This document shows positions 58,856-64,000 of a DNA stretch of 64,000 bases, in pieces; position 1 is the stretch's first letter; each line of letters starts with the position of its first letter. Source of the DNA: Gemmatimonadota bacterium (GTDB taxonomy: Bacteria > Latescibacterota > UBA2968 > UBA8231); NCBI GenBank assembly GCA_038128265.1, contig JAYPJE010000024.1:1-64000 (forward strand), in the 5' to 3' direction. The notes beneath the pieces are model-generated. The model was not told the DNA's origin and ran no database searches. It saw nothing but the letters and a program-made list of their open reading frames with translations. The translations under genes were made by a program, and so were the position numbers.

Positions 58856-59761
58856 ATGCGCAAAGTCCTAGCGTTGTCTCTAGGCGTGCTTCTCGCCGGC
58901 AGTGCCATGGCACAAGAGCCGGCTGAAGTGCCTCTTTTCTTTGCCGTCGGTATCCCCGGCGGTAGCCTGCCCACGATAGACGGCGACAACTCCGACTGGG
59001 CTTGGGTGGATCGCAGTTTCGAGGTGACCATCGACGACATGAACCCGCTGACGGGTGGTGCCGACGATGCCGATGACCTGTTCATCGACCTCATCATCGG
59101 GTGGAGCAACGCCGACAACCGCGTTCGCGCCATGGTTCACGTCCACGACAACGACCTGATCGTCGACAAGAACCCGACCTGTACCTTCCGCGATGACAAC
59201 TGCGAAGTACACTTCGACCCCGATAACGGCGGTGGCGGTCCTTACTCGGCTCCTGCCGACCAGGATCTGCAGCCGGCTTATCAGATGTGCTTGAGCTTCT
59301 CCGAGCAGTTCCCCCGCGTCCAGATGTACAACGGCGCGTTGGGCAACTTCGAGCAGGATGCCTTGGATTTCTGGTGGACCCACTCCGGTGACTTTGTCTC
59401 CGCCGGTCACGTCAACCAGGGCCAGGAGTACTACTACGAGTTCAGCGCCGAGCTCTTCGATCCGATCTCGATCAGCGGCGGTCCCGATGCCAGCACCCGT
59501 TTCACGCTGGCCGCCGAGCAGACCATCGGTCTGTCGATCTCGGTTGACGATGCCGACCTCGGTCTGAACGCCAACGGCAACGATCCGCTCGCCGAAGACT
59601 GCTGCCCCGACGGTTTCTACTGGCAGGCGCAGTTCAGCATGGCCGAGCAGTTCATGAACACCGGTGGTATGCCCGATATCTTCTTGACGCCGATTGCCGA
59701 TGCCGGCACCGCCGTCGAGGCCACTTCTTGGGCTCAGGTGAAAAAGATCAGCGATCTGTAG
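58856..59761 (+). CDS. Secreted acidic CBM9/DOMON-like protein with TAVEATSWAQVK tail
   Basis: GAGGAGG RBS, signal peptide (AMA-Q), PTIDGD..DW, VHDND, DNCEVHFD, YEFS, IGLSISVDDAD pattern. Confidence 0.7.
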   Translation: MRKVLALSLGVLLAGSAMAQEPAEVPLFFAVGIPGGSLPTIDGDNSDWAWVDRSFEVTIDDMNPLTGGADDADDLFIDLIIGWSNADNRVRAMVHVHDNDLIVDKNPTCTFRDDNCEVHFDPDNGGGGPYSAPADQDLQPAYQMCLSFSEQFPRVQMYNGALGNFEQDALDFWWTHSGDFVSAGHVNQGQEYYYEFSAELFDPISISGGPDASTRFTLAAEQTIGLSISVDDADLGLNANGNDPLAEDCCPDGFYWQAQFSMAEQFMNTGGMPDIFLTPIADAGTAVEATSWAQVKKISDL

Positions 59762-59785
59762 GATTCTTTTTCGCATAGGTTAGCG

Positions 59786-59821
59786 AAAAGGGGAGGGGAT
59801 TTGCGTCCCCTCCCCTTTTTT
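59786..59821 (+). terminator. Rho-independent terminator
   Basis: AAAAGGGGAGGGGAT-ttgc-GTCCCCTCCCCTTTTTT. Confidence 0.9.
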
Positions 59822-59884
59822 GCTTTTCTTGTTCGTGTCTTCGCGAAGCACACTCTTTACACCCCGCAGTAAGAGGCAAGCGTT

Positions 59885-61711
59885 ATGGGCATATGGCGAA
59901 ATGTAGGACGGCGCCGCGCGCTGGTAGTGGCGTGTTTCTGCGGCGCACTCTTTTTTCCCAACACCTCGCCTGCAATCGACTTATGGCAAGCAGGCAACAA
60001 CGGTATTGCCTGGCGCGACGTGGGCGAACTGACGGGCCTCACCACGGCCGGTGCCTCACTCCTTCCCGCCGTGGTCGACTCGACGACCAACGCCCTACAA
60101 AACCTCCAACTAACGCGCAGAGGGGGCAGCATCTCTTCCCCTCAGGCCTCCAACGTAGACCTGACCGGTCTGCTCACCGATGGCAACCGCGAGACATTCT
60201 GGCGCGTCGAGCGCGAACGCCGTCCCGACGGTACTTCGATGATCGTCGACTTAGGCGCTATTCTGCCCATCAATCGCATACGTATTCAGGGCAGCGGCGA
60301 GGCGTTTTTGCGCGCCTACGAGCTCTTTGTGCACGACGGCAACCCAGACCAACTGCGCGAAGATCGTCCCGTTGCTTTCATCAACCAGGTCGCCTCCAAT
60401 CTGGAGCAGGACAACCCGCTCATTGACGTGGAGATCCCCCTGCAGTTCGTGCGCTTTATTCGCCTCATCAGCCGTTCCAGTCAGGAATTCATCATTGAAG
60501 AAGCCGAAGTATTTGGCAACGGCTTTGCACCAACGGGCAGCTTTACATCCGACGTCGTCGACTTGGGGGCCGCCGCTAACTTCGGCACTTTGCAACTGCA
60601 GGCCACCCTAGACAGCCTGACAGGCGTCGTGCTGCAGACGCGCACGGGCATCGTCCCCGATCCCAAGGTCTACTACCGCAAAACGGAAATATTTCAGGGT
60701 GAGGAACGCGCCGAAGAGCCCATCTTACCCATAGGCGAACTCGAAGCAGCAGACGCATACTTTTCGCTGCGCGTGGCCGATCGCGGAACGATCGAAGACA
60801 ACGTCGTCGAGTGGAGCCCGTGGTCGGCGCCCTACGAGTCGTTTGACGGCGACCTGCTTTCGCCGGGCAACCGTCGCTACCTGCAGTTTCGCCTACTTTT
60901 CTCGTCGGACGACGCACGCCAATCGGCCGTCGTAAACAACCTGACGTTTCAATTTTCTACGCCGACGCTGGCCGACCAGCTAACCGCCGAGATCAGTCCC
61001 GGCGAAGTGACGCTGGGCGAGGCGCACACCTTTGACTATTACATTCGTTCGACCTTTGCCGCCAGCAACGACGGTTTTGACCGCATCGAAATTGCCACGC
61101 CCTTCACCGCTACCGTAAGCGAGGTAGAAATAGACGGGGTTGCCGTCGACTTCACCGTGGACGAGACGCCGCAGGGGCACCTGGGCATTCAGCTCACACA
61201 GGATCGCGTCAGCCAGTCTGGACAGCTGCTGCGCATACGCCTCAATGGGCTGGTCACCGTGTACGGCACGACGTTCTTTGCCAAGGTCTTCGACAGCCAG
61301 AAAGATGAGCTGGGGCAGGACGTCGTCGCGGGCGATGCGACCCCCGCCGCAGAGAGCAACCGCCTGTCGGTGCAGGGTCGCCTGCGCAGCGAACTCATTT
61401 TAGATCTCAGCGTCAGCAACCCGGCGTTTAGTCCCAACGGGGACGGCATCAACGATCAGCTGCAGATATCTTATATCCTGCTGCGCGCGCTGCGCGAAGT
61501 GGACACCGATCTGTCACTGCGCGATTTATCCGGTCGCGTAGTGCGTCGTTTGCAAAGCGGTGGGACGGTTAATGGACCACAGGAACTGCGCTGGGATGGG
61601 CGCGACGACAGCGGCCGCGCCGTTGCACCGGGCCTCTATTTGCTGCGCCTATCCATTGAAACGGATACCGGAACCGAAGAGCGAACTCGCGTTGTCGGCG
61701 TGGCGTATTGA
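59885..61711 (+). CDS. Large secreted protein with C-terminal SPNGD/FlgD-Ig domain (paralog B)
   Basis: Signal peptide, DLGA, EVFGNGF, QTRTG, WSPWS..SPGNRRY, FSPNGDGIND..DLSGR..WDGRD..PGLY. Confidence 0.82.
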   Translation: MGIWRNVGRRRALVVACFCGALFFPNTSPAIDLWQAGNNGIAWRDVGELTGLTTAGASLLPAVVDSTTNALQNLQLTRRGGSISSPQASNVDLTGLLTDGNRETFWRVERERRPDGTSMIVDLGAILPINRIRIQGSGEAFLRAYELFVHDGNPDQLREDRPVAFINQVASNLEQDNPLIDVEIPLQFVRFIRLISRSSQEFIIEEAEVFGNGFAPTGSFTSDVVDLGAAANFGTLQLQATLDSLTGVVLQTRTGIVPDPKVYYRKTEIFQGEERAEEPILPIGELEAADAYFSLRVADRGTIEDNVVEWSPWSAPYESFDGDLLSPGNRRYLQFRLLFSSDDARQSAVVNNLTFQFSTPTLADQLTAEISPGEVTLGEAHTFDYYIRSTFAASNDGFDRIEIATPFTATVSEVEIDGVAVDFTVDETPQGHLGIQLTQDRVSQSGQLLRIRLNGLVTVYGTTFFAKVFDSQKDELGQDVVAGDATPAAESNRLSVQGRLRSELILDLSVSNPAFSPNGDGINDQLQISYILLRALREVDTDLSLRDLSGRVVRRLQSGGTVNGPQELRWDGRDDSGRAVAPGLYLLRLSIETDTGTEERTRVVGVAY

Positions 61712-61832
61712 ACGCCGCAGCTAATGCGCTTTGCGAAAGTAACTCCATTGCTTTGTATTGATTGCCGCGGGGACCTGTTGGTAGGGAATGTGCTTACACA
61801 GAGGGCGCTTTGCCTTCGTAAGGAGCGTTTGC

Positions 61833-64000
61833 ATGGTATACCAGCGCTTTTTTAGCACCTTGGCCGCTCTTGGCCTATTCTTGGCCAACGACGCCGTTGC
61901 AGAGCAGATCTCATTTAATACGCGCACGGCTTGGCAGCAGTGGCGCCAGCCCAAGGGGGCTGTAGAAATCAGCCCGCTCGGCACCATCGGCTTGGTGAAG
62001 GTGCGCAAAAATGTCGACGCACTGCGCGATGCAGTGGCCTTCGGCGGCGGCATTCGCGCCGTTGGCAGCGGCGCCAACACAGCCGCGCAGCTCATAGACG
62101 GTGATCGGTCTACCGGCTGGCAGCCCGAAGCTTCCGACCCCAGCGAATCGTGGTGGATTGAGGTTGATTTGGGACGCATGGTAACGGCCGAAAAAATACG
62201 CCTCCACTTTGTAAAAGACGCGCCGGCGATGGAGTTTTTCACCGTCCAGCTGTCCAGCGGCGAGCAGTTTTTCACCAATGCCCTCGTGCCCATTCCCGGC
62301 ACGCTGGTTTACGGTGCCGGTCAAACCTTTGGCTTCAACGAGGAATACGCAGTCGAGCTCGAGCAATCGCATATACAGCTGAACGTCGTGCGCATTGAAG
62401 TTTCGCAGATAACACCCGGCGCGCGCCTGGCCGAAATTGAAGTGGAGACCATCGGCGACAACGTTGCCCTAGGCATCATTGAGCGCGGCGGCAGCATCGA
62501 CCTCATCACCGATCTGCAGTCCGTCTTAGAGGGCGGCCAGAATATGGCCGACGGGAAGATCGTTACAAACTGGTCGCTCAACACGCTCCACCAAACCGTG
62601 ACCGGCAAGGACATATTCAATCGCATTATCTTCGATCTGGGCGCTCACTACTGGATTGACCAACTGCGCATTATCGGCGAGCCCATCGGTGCTCCGCCCA
62701 GTCGCCGCGCGCAAAACGGCAACTTTTTCTGGTACCAGATCCTCGGCTCCGATGGCTCGCTAGCGCCCGATGGCTCGCTGCGCTGGGAAGAGGTGGCCTT
62801 TCTGCCGACGGCGCCCGAAAACCCCGTCGATAAGCGCAACTTTGACCACTCGTTCCCACTGCGCAAAATACGCTACTTGCAGCACTACTACCCCTCCACT
62901 GAGGGGGGCACAATCGAACGCGCGGGAACGCACAGCAACTACGCGACCTTTGGCTTTGTCAGCGAGTACCAAATGTACGGTGAGGGGTTTCCCGCCGAGG
63001 TCAATATGACGTCGCCCATTGTCGATCTCACCAGCACCAAGGGTCTCACCTCGCTCGAATGGGACGCCGACGTGCCGGCTAATACGCGCATTGAGATTCG
63101 CACGCGCACCGGCAACGCCGTCAACCAGACCTACACCTTCTACGACAAAAACGGCAAAGTCGTGACCGAGTCGCGCTACAACAAGCTCATTCCTTCTTTC
63201 CGCGGTGCCATCGACACCTCCATTGCCGTCAGCGACGATTGGAGCATTTGGAGCGAGCCCTACACCTATTCGGGCGAGCTCTTCAAGTCGCCCTCGCCGC
63301 GGCGCTACGCTCAGTTGGAAGTGCGCCTGCTGTCCGATGATCCAGCCGTGTCTCCTTCGCTCTCTTCTCTGCATATGAACGTGGAGAATCCACTGGCGCT
63401 CGAAACCCGGGGCGAGATCATTCCCACGCAGGTGCAGCCGGGCACGGAAGAAGAATTCTCCTACTTTATTCGGCCGATCTTCGGAGGGCAATCACAGGGA
63501 TTTAACCGCCTTAGCCTAAACGCATCGGTGCCGGTGCACTTTACCGGTCTTTCCATCGACGGCGAACCGGTGGAAGCCCAAACAAGCGAAACGGAAGGCG
63601 GCTTTGTCATACAGCTACCCGGCATCCTGCGCAGAGAAAGCCTGGTACAGCTAAATTTTCGCGCTACAGTCTACCAGAATCGCACGCGCTTTGACGCCTT
63701 TCTGGGCAATAGCAACCTGGGCGATCGAGTGCGCCAGTTCATAGACGAGGGCGACGCCAACGAAGAGGTTCGCAGTGAGTCGATTTCCATTCAGCTACCC
63801 ATCAACGACGCTCTGCTGGCCAATATAGCGCTGTCGACTAACGTGCTAACGCCCAACGGCGATGGCATCGGCGATGAGCTGCACATTGCGTTCGATGCTC
63901 TCAAGCTAGTCATGCCGCGGCCCATACGAGTGCAGGTGTACGATCTGGCCGGCCGCAAAGTGCGCGACTTGACCGTTGAAGAGGGCCTGGCGCAGCGCTA
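61833..64000 (+). CDS. Large secreted FlgD-tailed protein (paralog C), truncated at window end and absent from the ORF track
   Basis: AAGGAG + ATG 61833, MVYQRFFSTLAALGLFLANDAVAEQ.., colinear with paralog A, reads through to TPNGDGIGD..VYDLAGRKVR at the window end. Confidence 0.85.
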   Translation, partial: MVYQRFFSTLAALGLFLANDAVAEQISFNTRTAWQQWRQPKGAVEISPLGTIGLVKVRKNVDALRDAVAFGGGIRAVGSGANTAAQLIDGDRSTGWQPEASDPSESWWIEVDLGRMVTAEKIRLHFVKDAPAMEFFTVQLSSGEQFFTNALVPIPGTLVYGAGQTFGFNEEYAVELEQSHIQLNVVRIEVSQITPGARLAEIEVETIGDNVALGIIERGGSIDLITDLQSVLEGGQNMADGKIVTNWSLNTLHQTVTGKDIFNRIIFDLGAHYWIDQLRIIGEPIGAPPSRRAQNGNFFWYQILGSDGSLAPDGSLRWEEVAFLPTAPENPVDKRNFDHSFPLRKIRYLQHYYPSTEGGTIERAGTHSNYATFGFVSEYQMYGEGFPAEVNMTSPIVDLTSTKGLTSLEWDADVPANTRIEIRTRTGNAVNQTYTFYDKNGKVVTESRYNKLIPSFRGAIDTSIAVSDDWSIWSEPYTYSGELFKSPSPRRYAQLEVRLLSDDPAVSPSLSSLHMNVENPLALETRGEIIPTQVQPGTEEEFSYFIRPIFGGQSQGFNRLSLNASVPVHFTGLSIDGEPVEAQTSETEGGFVIQLPGILRRESLVQLNFRATVYQNRTRFDAFLGNSNLGDRVRQFIDEGDANEEVRSESISIQLPINDALLANIALSTNVLTPNGDGIGDELHIAFDALKLVMPRPIRVQVYDLAGRKVRDLTVEEGLAQR

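Noticed and set aside
58880..59776. 298-aa minus-strand ORF
   Set aside because: Antisense shadow of the strongly codon-biased 58856 gene, which has the RBS, signal peptide and terminator.
57595..63224. DGR template/variable repeat or recent gene conversion between paralogs A and C
   Set aside because: The differences are mostly synonymous and not adenine-specific, both copies are coding, and no reverse transcriptase is present.
56236..64000. Flagellar hook-capping FlgD genes
   Set aside because: Only a C-terminal Ig-like module resembles FlgD. The proteins have Sec signal peptides and there are no flagellar genes nearby.
1..64000. tRNA/rRNA, integrase, transposase, prophage or defence genes
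   Set aside because: No such motifs were recognised, and the intergenic gaps are short and explained by promoters or terminators.

Overview
GC-rich, gene-dense bacterial chromosome segment with about 44 CDS and no rRNA, tRNA, CRISPR or mobile element that I can see. The gene families suggest an FCB-group organism such as Latescibacterota (inference only): CRTAC1/ASPIC-UnbV proteins, secreted proteins with FlgD/T9SS-like C-terminal domains and 'TAVxxxSWxxVK' tails. Three blocks are visible. (1) 1-30 kb is a scavenging/catabolic region: acs 3' end, glycogen debranching enzyme, PhyH dioxygenase, MFS, metallophosphoesterase, Eis-like GNAT, M81/MlrC peptidase, esterase, two divergent D-aminoacylases, sulfatase and an enolase-superfamily enzyme. 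It also holds an Opp/Dpp-type ABC transporter with three paralogous binding lipoproteins, an AftB-like GT-C/SGNH pair and a MurA with Asp at the fosfomycin-target Cys. (2) 30-53 kb is a cell-envelope cluster of unknown function: four CRTAC1/ASPIC beta-propeller proteins, TPR proteins, two His-less parvulin lipoproteins, a membrane SAM-dependent spermidine-synthase-like protein, a His-rich membrane protein, an FGE-domain protein and a HAD. (3) 53-64 kb is a cluster of exported proteins that all carry C-terminal tags: a di-heme peroxidase, an FGE-domain protein, a probably highly expressed acidic CBM9/DOMON-like protein and three paralogous large FlgD-tailed proteins, the last truncated and missing from the ORF track. 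The best candidates for undescribed biology are blocks 2 and 3. All family assignments come from motif recognition by eye, not database searches.
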